Below, in pieces: positions 15,171 to 22,933 of a stretch of DNA of 32,000 nt. This stretch comes from Candidatus Saccharimonadota bacterium (GTDB lineage: Bacteria; Patescibacteriota; Gracilibacteria; UBA1369; 2-02-FULL-48-14): positions 1,110,001-1,142,000 of the forward strand of contig OZ246396.1 in assembly GCA_965230905.1 (NCBI GenBank), written 5' to 3'. The position numbers and the translations under genes were made by a program. Positions within the stretch are counted from its first letter, which is position 1. Each line of letters starts with the position of its first letter. The notes below the pieces were generated by a model. It saw only the letters and a list, made by a program, of their open reading frames with translations. It made no database searches and had not been told where the DNA came from.

Positions 15171-16335
15171 AGAATATAACGTTATTCATATTGGTCCCGA
15201 GTTAAACTCGGTGGACCGGCATCTTGTTAATCAAGCTAAGAAGAGTAAACTGATAAGCATGGCGGCCTTCACATCGATTGGAATCATGTTCCTGAGTCTT
15301 ATTTTTGTGAATGCTTCCTTGCATTCCGCTTTGGATGAACAGCAGGGTCAGATCAGTTCTTTGATCGACGAAATGGGGCAGCTGAGCCAGAAAAATTTCA
15401 CACTTTCTGAGCAAGTGCTGTCACAGGAAACGGTGATTCAGGGCATCGCCACGGATTTCACCAGCCTCGGAACCGCCATTCAAGGCGGAGACAATACGGG
15501 CATTCAAAATGTCTTTGCCAGTATTCTTTCACGCGTGGCCACCGGTGGTCAGACCGTGAGTTTGGCCGGGGATACACCAGCCGTAGCGGCTGAGGACAGT
15601 ACTTTTGATATTTTGGTACTAGGAACCAACGGTTCGCATACTGATACGATTATTGTGGCCAGCATCAATGAAGAAAAAAATAAGATTTCTCTGTTTTCCA
15701 TCCCACGCGATTTGTATATAAATGGGCGACGCATCAATGAGTATTACACTTATTATGGCGTGGACCAGTTGGGCCGCATGGTTTCTTCGGTGACAGGTTT
15801 GGAAATGGATCACTATGTGCAGGTGGACTTGAACGGCTTTGTGGAAATTGTGGATTTGCTGGGTGGGCTGGATGTGTATGTGAGCGAGGCCTTGTATGAC
15901 GGATTGTATCCAAATGGAAAGGGCGGCTACAGCGCGTATTCTGTTGAAGTCGGTCAGCATCATTTCACGGGGGAAGAGGCTTTGCGTTACGCTCGTAGTC
16001 GTAAATCCACGTCCGATTTTGACCGTGCCGAACGTCAGCAAACCATTCTCGCCGCGCTTCGCAGCAAAGTGGTGCAGCTCGACAGTGTGATGGAAATGAA
16101 GGGACTCACCAAGCTCTTCCAAACGGCTATTCAAAACACCACCACCGACATCGATCTTTTGGATTTGGTGGGTTATTACTACGACTATCAAAACTACGAT
16201 TTGAACACCGGTTTTGTGCTGAACAGTGGAAATTATTTGACCTCGCTCATCAACGAAAGTGGGGCCTACATTTTGATCCCACGCGACGGCGATTTTAGTG
16301 AAATACATCAGGTGATATCAGAACTTGTGAATTGA
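15157..16335 (+). CDS. LytR-CpsA-Psr (LCP) family cell-envelope glycopolymer transferase
   Basis: An N-terminal TM anchor is followed by FDILVLGTNG.HTDTIIVASI....ISLFSIPRDLY...VDLNGFVEIVDLLGGLDV...GEEALRYARSRKSTSDFDRAERQQ, the LCP signature. It overlaps the upstream gene by 14 nt. Confidence 0.88.
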   Translation: MEQPEEYNVIHIGPELNSVDRHLVNQAKKSKLISMAAFTSIGIMFLSLIFVNASLHSALDEQQGQISSLIDEMGQLSQKNFTLSEQVLSQETVIQGIATDFTSLGTAIQGGDNTGIQNVFASILSRVATGGQTVSLAGDTPAVAAEDSTFDILVLGTNGSHTDTIIVASINEEKNKISLFSIPRDLYINGRRINEYYTYYGVDQLGRMVSSVTGLEMDHYVQVDLNGFVEIVDLLGGLDVYVSEALYDGLYPNGKGGYSAYSVEVGQHHFTGEEALRYARSRKSTSDFDRAERQQTILAALRSKVVQLDSVMEMKGLTKLFQTAIQNTTTDIDLLDLVGYYYDYQNYDLNTGFVLNSGNYLTSLINESGAYILIPRDGDFSEIHQVISELVN

Positions 16336-16336
16336 G

Positions 16337-16406
16337 GAGACCCATTTCTATAACTTGCTCGTCACGGGAGCCTTTATGTGTCTCACAAGTTATAGAAATG
16401 GGTCTC
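16337..16406. repeat. Perfect 21-bp-stem hairpin (28-nt loop) starting 2 nt after the LCP stop codon
   Basis: gagacccatttctataacttg (16337-16357) is the exact reverse complement of caagttatagaaatgggtctc (16386-16406). No U-tract follows. Confidence 0.85.
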
Positions 16407-16420
16407 TCCGTCATGGACTT

Positions 16421-16517
16421 AAAATTTACAATGAGGAGGTTTTGGAAGGGGGTGAAATACATAAAGGCCCCCGTATTGAACCCCTTCCAAAACCTAGTAT
16501 TCTTCATTGTAAATTTT
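16421..16517. repeat. 97-nt rod-like hairpin
   Basis: aaaatttacaatga pairs with tcattgtaaatttt (14 bp). ggttttggaagggg pairs with ccccttccaaaacc (14 bp). The two stems are separated by an asymmetric internal loop. An apical 5-bp stem aatac/gtatt closes the structure. Confidence 0.8.
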
Positions 16518-16546
16518 AAGATCCCCCGTTAGAGTGCTTTGCGAAT

Positions 16547-17158
16547 ATGATTGATAAAACCACTTTTGTTGTAGTCGATTTAGAAACCACCGGGCTCCAC
16601 GCGAGCCTCGATGGCATTGTTGAAATTGCGGCGGTGAAAATTGTGAATGGGCAGATTGTGGGGGAGTGGGACACCATGGTGAATCCGGGTGTGTTTTTGC
16701 CGCTCGAAACCACGCAAATCACGGGTATCACCACCGAAATGGTGAAAGATTCGCCGGCTTTTGCGGATATTGTGGATGATTACCTCGGCTTCATGGGAAC
16801 CGACTCGGTGTTTGTGGCGCACAATGTGGATTTTGACCGTGAATTCATGAATAAGCATTTGGAAAAAATGGGGCGCTCACTTTTGCCAAATCCTTACTTG
16901 TGTACCTTTAAAATGGCGAAGCAAGTGCACCCCAATTTGTCCCGCTACGGGCTCGGCAGTTTGTGCACCGCTTTTGGCATTGAACTTCCTCAGGCTCACC
17001 GGGCACTCCACGACGCGCGTGCCACCGCTCAACTTTTCATTAAGTTTTTGAAGGTCCTACAAAACGGCGGCCTCAAAAATCTCAAAGACATTCCTTACAT
17101 CCAAAACCTCCCCAAGATCGTAGATAAAAGTGTGGAAGGGCAGGTGAGTTTGTTTTAG
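16547..17158 (+). CDS. DEDDh 3'-5' exonuclease (DNA polymerase III epsilon/DnaQ-like)
   Basis: Exo I is VVVDLETTG. Exo II is FVAHNVDFDREFM. Exo III is HRALHDARATAQL. Confidence 0.88.
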   Translation: MIDKTTFVVVDLETTGLHASLDGIVEIAAVKIVNGQIVGEWDTMVNPGVFLPLETTQITGITTEMVKDSPAFADIVDDYLGFMGTDSVFVAHNVDFDREFMNKHLEKMGRSLLPNPYLCTFKMAKQVHPNLSRYGLGSLCTAFGIELPQAHRALHDARATAQLFIKFLKVLQNGGLKNLKDIPYIQNLPKIVDKSVEGQVSLF

Positions 17159-17166
17159 TCTGAGTT

Positions 17167-17349
17167 TTATCTCTTGAAAAGATCGGAAGGGGCCCAATTC
17201 CACACTTTTTTATAATATCTTTTTAAGTTCACAAAATAAGCATCTTTCCCAAACAAAGCTGCGATTATTACAAAAGGAGTGGAGAGAATGAGTTTGATGC
17301 CGCCGACAATGACGTCACCAACGACCACGGTCAAGAATTCATCGATCAT
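17167..17349 (-). CDS. Possible small membrane protein (60 aa)
   Basis: It starts 6 nt downstream of the 17356-17868 gene on the same strand. It has one or two hydrophobic segments (VVVGDVIVGGIKLILSTPFVIIAALF). No family recognised. Confidence 0.4.
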   Translation of the reverse strand: MIDEFLTVVVGDVIVGGIKLILSTPFVIIAALFGKDAYFVNLKRYYKKVWNWAPSDLFKR

Positions 17350-17355
17350 GAGTCT

Positions 17356-17868
17356 TTATTTAAGTGCTTCAGCTAAACCCGGCGTTGAACAAGTGCCTGA
17401 AATCAGGTCTCCACTCCATTTAAGGTCACAAACAGACACACTCTTTTGATATAAGCTTGGGTCCTTAAATATTACTGTAATTGTGACGCCAGTCTCACTT
17501 GGCACTATACTTGTGATTAGATATGTTTGTTTACTAACGCCATCAACCATGGGGGATGTGAATAGCCGTGTCGTAATTTCTCCTGTAGGTAGAAGGATGG
17601 AGCTGGTTTCTGCCAAATTTCCTGCAGGAGTTTCGTAGATCTGCATGGCAGTCACACTGGCACGGTTGGTTTCAAGGATTTCTCTAAGTTCTTTGTTGAA
17701 CATAGTGCCCTCAAAATGGATCGGTTCGGGACTTTCACTTATCGGTGCAGGGCTTGCACTTATTGGGGCAGTTTTAGGTCCGACGGATGTCGGGGGTGTA
17801 CTACCGCCCGTACATGCCAGCCCGATTGCAGCTTCTAGAACAATCGTTGCGCCAAGGAGTTTATTCAT
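17356..17868 (-). CDS. Hypothetical lipoprotein
   Basis: Signal peptide and lipobox MNKLLGATIVLEAAIGLAC, followed by a Ser/Pro/Thr-rich linker. No recognised domain. Confidence 0.65.
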   Translation of the reverse strand: MNKLLGATIVLEAAIGLACTGGSTPPTSVGPKTAPISASPAPISESPEPIHFEGTMFNKELREILETNRASVTAMQIYETPAGNLAETSSILLPTGEITTRLFTSPMVDGVSKQTYLITSIVPSETGVTITVIFKDPSLYQKSVSVCDLKWSGDLISGTCSTPGLAEALK

Positions 17869-17900
17869 GGGATTTGATTATGGCTTTGAATCTTACACGA

Positions 17901-17933
17901 ATTTCACTTCACGTCAAAAATTGGTTGCGGGGG
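17901..17933. repeat. Direct repeat A (pseudo-att; copy of the tRNA-fMet 3' end plus its downstream flank)
   Basis: atttcacttcacgtcaaaaattggttgcggggg compared with atttttactcacgtcaaaaaatggttgcggggg at 18610-18642. Confidence 0.75.
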
Positions 17934-17962
17934 ATTGCACTTCGATGAGCTTCTATTTATAA

Positions 17963-18157
17963 CGAGAGCCTAAGAAATTTACTGTAGTGGCTTCAGAAGT
18001 TCTGGCTTTTGAGATGACAGCTGATGAGAGGAAAACAGTAATTAAACTTCCTGATGCCATCATTGCTGCTACGGCTCTTCATAGAGAGACTCCTTTATTT
18101 ACGCGAAATATAAAAGACTTTAAAAAAGTGAAGGGGTTGAAAGTAGTTACCACTTAG
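17963..18157 (+). pseudogene. C-terminal fragment of a PIN-domain (VapC-like) toxin gene
   Basis: An open frame without a start codon follows the stop at 17960-17962. It translates as ...EVLAFEMTADERKTVIKLPDAIIAATALHRETPLFTRNIKDFKKVKGLKVVTT*. The segment DAIIAATAL....L.TRN.KDF is the conserved C-terminal PIN/VapC signature. The N-terminal ~70 aa with the first acidic catalytic residues are absent. Confidence 0.55.
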
Positions 18158-18234
18158 ATCCGGTCCTATTCAGAGCTTTTACACGAGAGCTACCTTCTTT
18201 ATTGTATGCCCTTCGAACTTTTTATGCGTCGGTT

Positions 18235-18570
18235 TTATTTACTGAGCTCACGTTGGGGGCAATCGGTGTTCAAACAATTGCTACATTCAAGGTTGAAAGA
18301 GTTGATACTAGTGGCTAACTCTAAGGATTTAATTTCTCCTAATTCTTGTGTGTGATTTAGGGGTGCCGCTATAACTATCGTGGTACCCTTTACTTGAGAT
18401 GGGGTGAAACAAACCCCTGGATTTACGAAGCCTTTTATCCTGTTGATGGTGTTTCTTAGTTGGTTCGGACTGTTTACGAGCCCTTGTCTTGGGCTGCCTA
18501 GTTCTTTTAGGATCTGATCGAAAGCAACTTCTGAGCTAACGCCACTTTCTGGGGGGATATTTTTAGGCAT
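18235..18570 (-). CDS. Hypothetical protein (111 aa) inside the island remnant
   Basis: ORF with an ATG start. No recognised family. Confidence 0.4.
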   Translation of the reverse strand: MPKNIPPESGVSSEVAFDQILKELGSPRQGLVNSPNQLRNTINRIKGFVNPGVCFTPSQVKGTTIVIAAPLNHTQELGEIKSLELATSINSFNLECSNCLNTDCPQRELSK

Positions 18571-18609
18571 AAAAAATTAGTTTTATTACAGTGGCGCATT
18601 TTCGCACAG

Positions 18610-18642
18610 ATTTTTACTCACGTCAAAAAATGGTTGCGGGGG
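18610..18642. repeat. Direct repeat B (overlaps the 3' end of tRNA-fMet)
   Basis: See repeat A. Positions 18631-18642 are the tRNA 3' acceptor strand plus CCA. Confidence 0.75.
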
Positions 18643-18705
18643 TTGGATTCGAACCAACGACCTCCGGGTTATGAGCCCGACGAGCTGCCACTGCTCTACC
18701 CCGCG
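18631..18705 (-). tRNA. Initiator tRNA-fMet (anticodon CAT), CCA encoded
   Basis: The reverse complement is CGCGGGGTAGAGCAGTGGCAGCTCGTCGGGCTCATAACCCGGAGGTCGTTGGTTCGAATCCAACCCCCGCAACCA. It has a C1:A72 mismatch, three consecutive G:C pairs closing the anticodon stem, and loop CUCAUAA. These are the bacterial initiator hallmarks. Confidence 0.95.
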
Positions 18706-18814
18706 CAGGGATTCTACGAGAATAAGCCGCCCATGGCAAGTTTATAAATAAGATGGGGTGGGATTGTGCGTGAAAGGGTGTACAATGGGGTCATTAATCT
18801 TAAGCCCCACTTCT

Positions 18815-18973
18815 ATGGAAGGCTACTGCGTAAAATGTAAGGCTAAACGTGAGATGGCAGAAACTGAAGAAGTTACTATGAAAAATGGCCGCAAGGCTAT
18901 GCGTGGTAAGTGTTCTGAATGTAACACGGGTATGTACAAGATTTTAGGTGGAAAAAAGAAAAAAGCTGAATAA
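18815..18973 (+). CDS. DUF5679-type small zinc-ribbon protein
   Basis: MEGYCVKCKAKREMAETEEVTMKNGRKAMRGKCSECNTGMYKILGGKKKK has two CxxC pairs. The pattern is typical of DUF5679. I used the ATG at 18815. Confidence 0.75.
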   Translation: MEGYCVKCKAKREMAETEEVTMKNGRKAMRGKCSECNTGMYKILGGKKKKAE

Positions 18974-19007
18974 TCTGCTTTAATCTTATTATCTTACCCC
19001 CACGCTT

Positions 19008-19367
19008 ATGATGTACTCTAATGCTGGTTTTTCTCTTGGATTTGCTTTCCATTGGGTGTTCATGTTTCTTACGCTCTTAGGTCTTGTTGCTGGAGTGATT
19101 TGGATGGCTCGGTTTGCCTCTAAAAAACAACTCAAGCTTTGGTTCGTTCTTGGACTCATTCTTGGCCTTCTTGGTTCATGGATGACTTTTGGAGCTGCCG
19201 TTGAAGGTATGGAAGGAATGATGGGTGACTGGAGAGATTCGGACGACGGAAGCGAATATGATTCAAGTGAACTCGATGATCGTGTGGAGTCTATGGAAGA
19301 ATGGCGAGACGATATGATGGACCTTGATGAGGAAGAAACCGAGGGAGGAACAACAACCACTCTTTAA
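19008..19367 (+). CDS. Small membrane protein with a highly acidic C-terminal tail
   Basis: Three hydrophobic segments are followed by DWRDSDDGSEYDSSELDDRVESMEEWRDDMMDLDEEETEG. A terminator follows the gene. Confidence 0.6.
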   Translation: MMYSNAGFSLGFAFHWVFMFLTLLGLVAGVIWMARFASKKQLKLWFVLGLILGLLGSWMTFGAAVEGMEGMMGDWRDSDDGSEYDSSELDDRVESMEEWRDDMMDLDEEETEGGTTTTL

Positions 19368-19382
19368 TCTGAATCTAAAAAG

Positions 19383-19410
19383 AGCCCCTTTCGAGGGGCT
19401 TTTTGTTTGT
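19383..19410 (+). terminator. Rho-independent terminator
   Basis: agcccc-tttcga-ggggct followed by ttttgtttg. Confidence 0.75.
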
Positions 19411-19421
19411 CTTTTTTTAGG

Positions 19422-19503
19422 CTCGTCTTCGACGAGAATGGTACTTCGTGCCATCCTTGAATTCACTTCGTTCGCTCTGAAGTGCCTTTTGCATTCGCAA
19501 AAG
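19422..19503. other. Array of four short hairpins between the terminator and the tRNA-Met 3' end
   Basis: The four stems are ctcgtc/gacgag (19422-19436), atggtac/gtgccat (19438-19454), cacttc/gaagtg (19464-19484) and cttttgc/gcaaaag (19486-19503). Confidence 0.5.
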
Positions 19504-19512
19504 ATTCAAGAA

Positions 19513-19589
19513 TGGTGGCTGGAGGCAGATTTGAACTGCCGACCCCGGGCTTATGAGTCCCGTGCTCTAACCAACTGAGCTACCCAGCC
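19513..19589 (-). tRNA. tRNA with anticodon CAT, elongator Met-type (Ile2/lysidine type not excluded), CCA encoded
   Basis: The reverse complement is GGCTGGGTAGCTCAGTTGGTTAGAGCACGGGACTCATAAGCCCGGGGTCGGCAGTTCAAATCTGCCTCCAGCCACCA. It is a 77-nt cloverleaf. The 1:72 position is paired, so it is not an initiator. Confidence 0.9.
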
Positions 19590-19641
19590 ACGAGGAGCAG
19601 TTTAGGGAAAAAGCCACTCTTTTGCAAGCAGAGCTTACAGG

Positions 19642-20058
19642 TTAGGATTTAAACGCGTTGGTGCTGAAGAAAAATTTCCACCATTTTTTTGGAGTGCTCC
19701 AGGAGGCGCGGATTTGTTCGGCGACGCGTTGTTCTTCGGCGTCTTGGGAGAGGACGATGAGGTCTTCGTCTGGAATCACGACCACTTGTTCACCGGGATT
19801 GATGAGGCCGAGGTTTTGTTTGGCCACTTTTTCTACGTACTCCTCGGAGGTGTAGTACTGGAAATCGGCGAGTTTCTTTTCGTTTTCGGCTTTGAGTTCG
19901 GCGTTGCGCGTTTCGAATTCGGTGATGTGTTTTTCGATCTGGTAGTTTTCGTAAATGGACACGGTGAGGTTGTAGAGCATGTAGGCAACCACGAAAAATC
20001 CAACGATGAGAACGAGTCTCATGAGGTTAAACTGGTTGTCGTGGCTTTCCTGGAGCAT
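19642..20058 (-). CDS. Septum formation initiator (FtsB/DivIC-family) protein
   Basis: A single N-terminal TM helix is followed by a coiled coil (ENYQIEKHITEFETRNAELKAENEKKLADF) and then SEEYVEKVAKQNLGLINPGEQVVVIP. Confidence 0.85.
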   Translation of the reverse strand: MLQESHDNQFNLMRLVLIVGFFVVAYMLYNLTVSIYENYQIEKHITEFETRNAELKAENEKKLADFQYYTSEEYVEKVAKQNLGLINPGEQVVVIPDEDLIVLSQDAEEQRVAEQIRASWSTPKKWWKFFFSTNAFKS

Positions 20059-20095
20059 TGTTGGTAAACTAAGGCCGATTTAGTGTAACCCCATT

Positions 20096-21325
20096 ATGAG
20101 CTTTTTTGAAGACCAGAACGTGATCTATTTTGTAGGGATCGGTGGAATCGGTATGAGCGGCTTGGCGCGGCTGCTCAAGAGCTTTGGCAAAGAGGTGCGG
20201 GGAAGTGATGTAGCGGCTTCTTCGACCACGGCTGAACTAGAGGCGGAGGGAATTGCCGTGGACATCGGGCACACGCCGGAGAATTTGCCGGAGGATGCCG
20301 AGCTCGTTATTTACAGTGAAGCGGTGCCGCCTTTGAATCCGGAACTTTTAAAGGCCAAGGAGTTTGAAATTCCTGCGGTGACCTATTTTCAGGCGCTCGG
20401 GGAGGTGACGAAAGACTACCGATTGATCGCCATTGCAGGAACCCATGGAAAAACCACGACCACCGCGATGCTGGGTTTGATTTTGGAGAATGCGGGTTTG
20501 GATCCCACGATTTTGCTGGGGAGTAAGCTCAAGGAATTTGGCGGGCGGAATGTGAAAGTGGGCGAGAGCGATTTGTTTGTGCTGGAGGCGTGTGAGTATC
20601 GCCGGAATTTTATGAGTTTGGAGCCGGAACTTTTGGGAGTGACGAATATGGAAATGGACCACATGGATTATTTTAAAAGCTGGGAGGATTACCAAATGGC
20701 TTTTGAGGATTTGAGCGCGCAGAGCGAGGATGTGATTTGGCCGGATGAAGTGGCGGAGTACGAGGGCGAAATGGGACTGCCGGGCGCGCACAACTTGATG
20801 AACGCGGGCTTGGCCGCGCAGATTGCCCGGAGGATTGGTGTTTCGGAGGACACGATTGCCGATACTTTGAAAGAATACAAAGGCGCGTGGCGACGATTTG
20901 AGTTTAAAGGTCCGACGGTGGAAGGTGCTTTGATTTATGACGACTACGCACATCACCCCAGTGAAATTCAAGCGACGCTGGAAGGTGCACGAGAAAAATA
21001 TCCAGAAGCACGGATTGTGGCGGTGTTTCAGCCGCATCAGTACAGCCGAACGGCGGCTTTGCTGGATGGCTTTGCGGAGAGTTTTGAGAATGCGGACGAA
21101 GTGATTATTCCCAATATTTATGAGGCCCGTGATACGGAGGAAGACAAACACGCCGTTTCAACGGAAAGCTTGGTGGAAGCGATTTCTCACCACCACGACA
21201 ATGTGCGGGATGGGGAAGGTTTGGACGCGACGGCAGAGTATTTAAACGACACCATCCACGATGGAGACGTGATTATTGTGATGGGAGCGGGGGATGTGAA
21301 CCGGATTATTCCGAAGCTGCTTTAG
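20096..21325 (+). CDS. murC: UDP-N-acetylmuramate--L-alanine ligase
   Basis: YFVGIGGIGMSGLARLL..G..V.GSD, IAIAGTHGKTTTTAM and DDYAHHPSEI are present. At 409 aa it is somewhat shorter than typical MurC. Confidence 0.92.
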   Translation: MSFFEDQNVIYFVGIGGIGMSGLARLLKSFGKEVRGSDVAASSTTAELEAEGIAVDIGHTPENLPEDAELVIYSEAVPPLNPELLKAKEFEIPAVTYFQALGEVTKDYRLIAIAGTHGKTTTTAMLGLILENAGLDPTILLGSKLKEFGGRNVKVGESDLFVLEACEYRRNFMSLEPELLGVTNMEMDHMDYFKSWEDYQMAFEDLSAQSEDVIWPDEVAEYEGEMGLPGAHNLMNAGLAAQIARRIGVSEDTIADTLKEYKGAWRRFEFKGPTVEGALIYDDYAHHPSEIQATLEGAREKYPEARIVAVFQPHQYSRTAALLDGFAESFENADEVIIPNIYEARDTEEDKHAVSTESLVEAISHHHDNVRDGEGLDATAEYLNDTIHDGDVIIVMGAGDVNRIIPKLL

Positions 21326-22650
21326 ATTCTGGGTTTTGCAAAGGTTCCCTCGGCCGAATCTTCCACATCAATTCCTTGAGTGGTGAGTTGATCGCGCAGT
21401 TCGTCGGATTTTGCCCAGTTTTTTGAAGCGCGCGCTTCGTCACGGGCGGCCAGGAGAGATTTTTGCTCGTCGGTGAGGCTAAAATCAATGGGGAAAGTTT
21501 GCAGTACCAAGTTGATGCGTTCCAGGGTGCCTTGGACATTGGCGGTGGCGGTGTTCATCCATTCAAAGAGCACGCCGAGGGCGCCGGCTACGTCGAAATC
21601 GTTTTGGAGTTTTTCGCTGAAGTCGCGGAGGAACTCGCTGTCGACTTCGTTTTTGGATTCGCTCGTTCCGTCGAGGTGGCGGAGGTAGAATTCGTCGAGG
21701 CGTTTGAGGCTGCTGCGGGCTTGTTCTAGCATTTCTATGCTGTATTCAATGGGAGAGCGATAGTGCGTGCCGAGGAGGAAGAAGCGGACCACGCGAGGGT
21801 CGTACGTCTTGAAGATTTCCTTGAGCGTGAAAAAATTGCCGAGGGATTTACTCATTTTTTCGGCGTCCACCGTGATGTAACCGTTGTGCATCCAAATGTT
21901 TGCAAAAGGCTTGCCGGTGGCCGCTTCGCTTTGGGCGATTTCACATTCGTGGTGCGGGAATTTTAGGTCGAGTCCGCCGCCGTGAATGTCAAAGGTTTCG
22001 CCCAAAAGTTCGGAGCTCATGGCGCTGCATTCGATGTGCCAACCGGGGCGGCCGTCACCCCAAGGGCTGGGCCAAAAGGGTTCCCCTTCTTTCTTGAGTT
22101 TCCACAGTACAAAGTCTTGGTGATTGCGTTTGTCGGTGCGTTCTTCCATGCGGGCGCCGGCATTCAGTTCGTCTAGGTTTTGGTGGGAGAGTTTTCCATA
22201 ATCTTTAAAAGTGGTGACGTCAAAATAAACTCCATCGCTCAGCGTGTAGGTGTGGCCTTTTGCTTCCAGTGTTTGCACGAGTTTAACCATGGGCTCCACG
22301 TAGTCGGTGGCACGGGGATTGTGGGTGGGCGCTTTAACGCCGAGAGCGCCGTAATCCGCCTTGTATTCGGGAATGATTTTTTCAGCGAGTTCATTCACGG
22401 TGATGCCTTCTTTGGCGGCGCGGTCGATCATTTTATCTTCGATATCGGTGGTGTTGAACGTGAAAACTACGTTGTATCCACTGAATTCCAAAAAGCGACG
22501 AACTAGGTCGAAGGCCACGGCGCTGCGTCCGTGCCCGAGATGGGCGTGGTCGTAAACGGTGGGGCCACACACGTACATTTTAATAGTGTCGCCCGGCTCT
22601 TTGTTGAGGGGGACTTTTTCGCCTTTCATGCTGTCGTAAAGATGAATCAT
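21322..22650 (-). CDS. cysS: Cysteine--tRNA ligase
   Basis: [19 protein letters not shown] (HIGH motif), [25 protein letters not shown] and KMSKSLGN are present. Confidence 0.95.
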   Translation of the reverse strand: MIHLYDSMKGEKVPLNKEPGDTIKMYVCGPTVYDHAHLGHGRSAVAFDLVRRFLEFSGYNVVFTFNTTDIEDKMIDRAAKEGITVNELAEKIIPEYKADYGALGVKAPTHNPRATDYVEPMVKLVQTLEAKGHTYTLSDGVYFDVTTFKDYGKLSHQNLDELNAGARMEERTDKRNHQDFVLWKLKKEGEPFWPSPWGDGRPGWHIECSAMSSELLGETFDIHGGGLDLKFPHHECEIAQSEAATGKPFANIWMHNGYITVDAEKMSKSLGNFFTLKEIFKTYDPRVVRFFLLGTHYRSPIEYSIEMLEQARSSLKRLDEFYLRHLDGTSESKNEVDSEFLRDFSEKLQNDFDVAGALGVLFEWMNTATANVQGTLERINLVLQTFPIDFSLTDEQKSLLAARDEARASKNWAKSDELRDQLTTQGIDVEDSAEGTFAKPRI

Positions 22651-22904
22651 AGGTAAGAATTGATGAGAATGCGGAGAACTTTAATGAGGAGAATGGCTAC
22701 GATGGGGGAAATATCGAAAACGCCCAAGGTGGGGATGGCGCGGCGAATAGGCGCTAAAATGGGCTCGGTGACTTGGTAGAGCAGGTTCATGAGGCCGTGC
22801 GCTTCATGCCTAAACCAGCTCAGCACAATGCGAAGGAGGATCAGCATGGTGAGCAGATCGGCCAAAATATTGAGCGTTTGTTTCAAGAAATAGACAAATT
22901 CCAC
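22647..22904 (-). CDS. yggT: YggT-family membrane protein
   Basis: The 85-aa product has LLRIVLSWF....L..PIRR.IP..G.FDISPIV, the YGGT repeat pattern. It overlaps cysS by 4 nt. Confidence 0.85.
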   Translation of the reverse strand: MEFVYFLKQTLNILADLLTMLILLRIVLSWFRHEAHGLMNLLYQVTEPILAPIRRAIPTLGVFDISPIVAILLIKVLRILINSYL

Positions 22905-22933
22905 TGCAGGGTATTAAGACTGCGGGGATTCTA

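Larger units (their letters stand above)
17901..18642. mobile_element. Decayed remnant of an element integrated at the 3' end of tRNA-fMet, bounded by 33-nt direct repeats
   Basis: Direct repeats lie at 17901-17933 and 18610-18642 (28 of 33 identical; 24 of 25 over tcacgtcaaaaa.tggttgcggggg). The second repeat contains the last 12 nt of the tRNA. The interval holds only a VapC fragment and one orphan ORF, with no integrase. Confidence 0.5.

Noticed and set aside
15619-16308. 229-aa minus-strand ORF
   Set aside because: It is antisense to the LCP gene, which has the full LCP signature on the plus strand.
16295-16532. Mirror-image 66-70-aa ORFs on both strands
   Set aside because: They are an artefact of the two long palindromes. 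Both translations contain the same peptide (PISITC...QVIEMGL) because of inverted-repeat symmetry.
17645-17962. 105-aa plus-strand ORF spanning the lipoprotein gene start and direct repeat A
   Set aside because: It is mostly antisense to the 17356-17868 lipoprotein gene and then runs through intergenic repeat sequence.
19324-19578. 84-aa plus-strand ORF
   Set aside because: It runs through the terminator, the hairpin array and the tRNA-Met gene.
20348-21151. 267-aa minus-strand ORF
   Set aside because: It is antisense to murC, and its composition is that of a shadow ORF.
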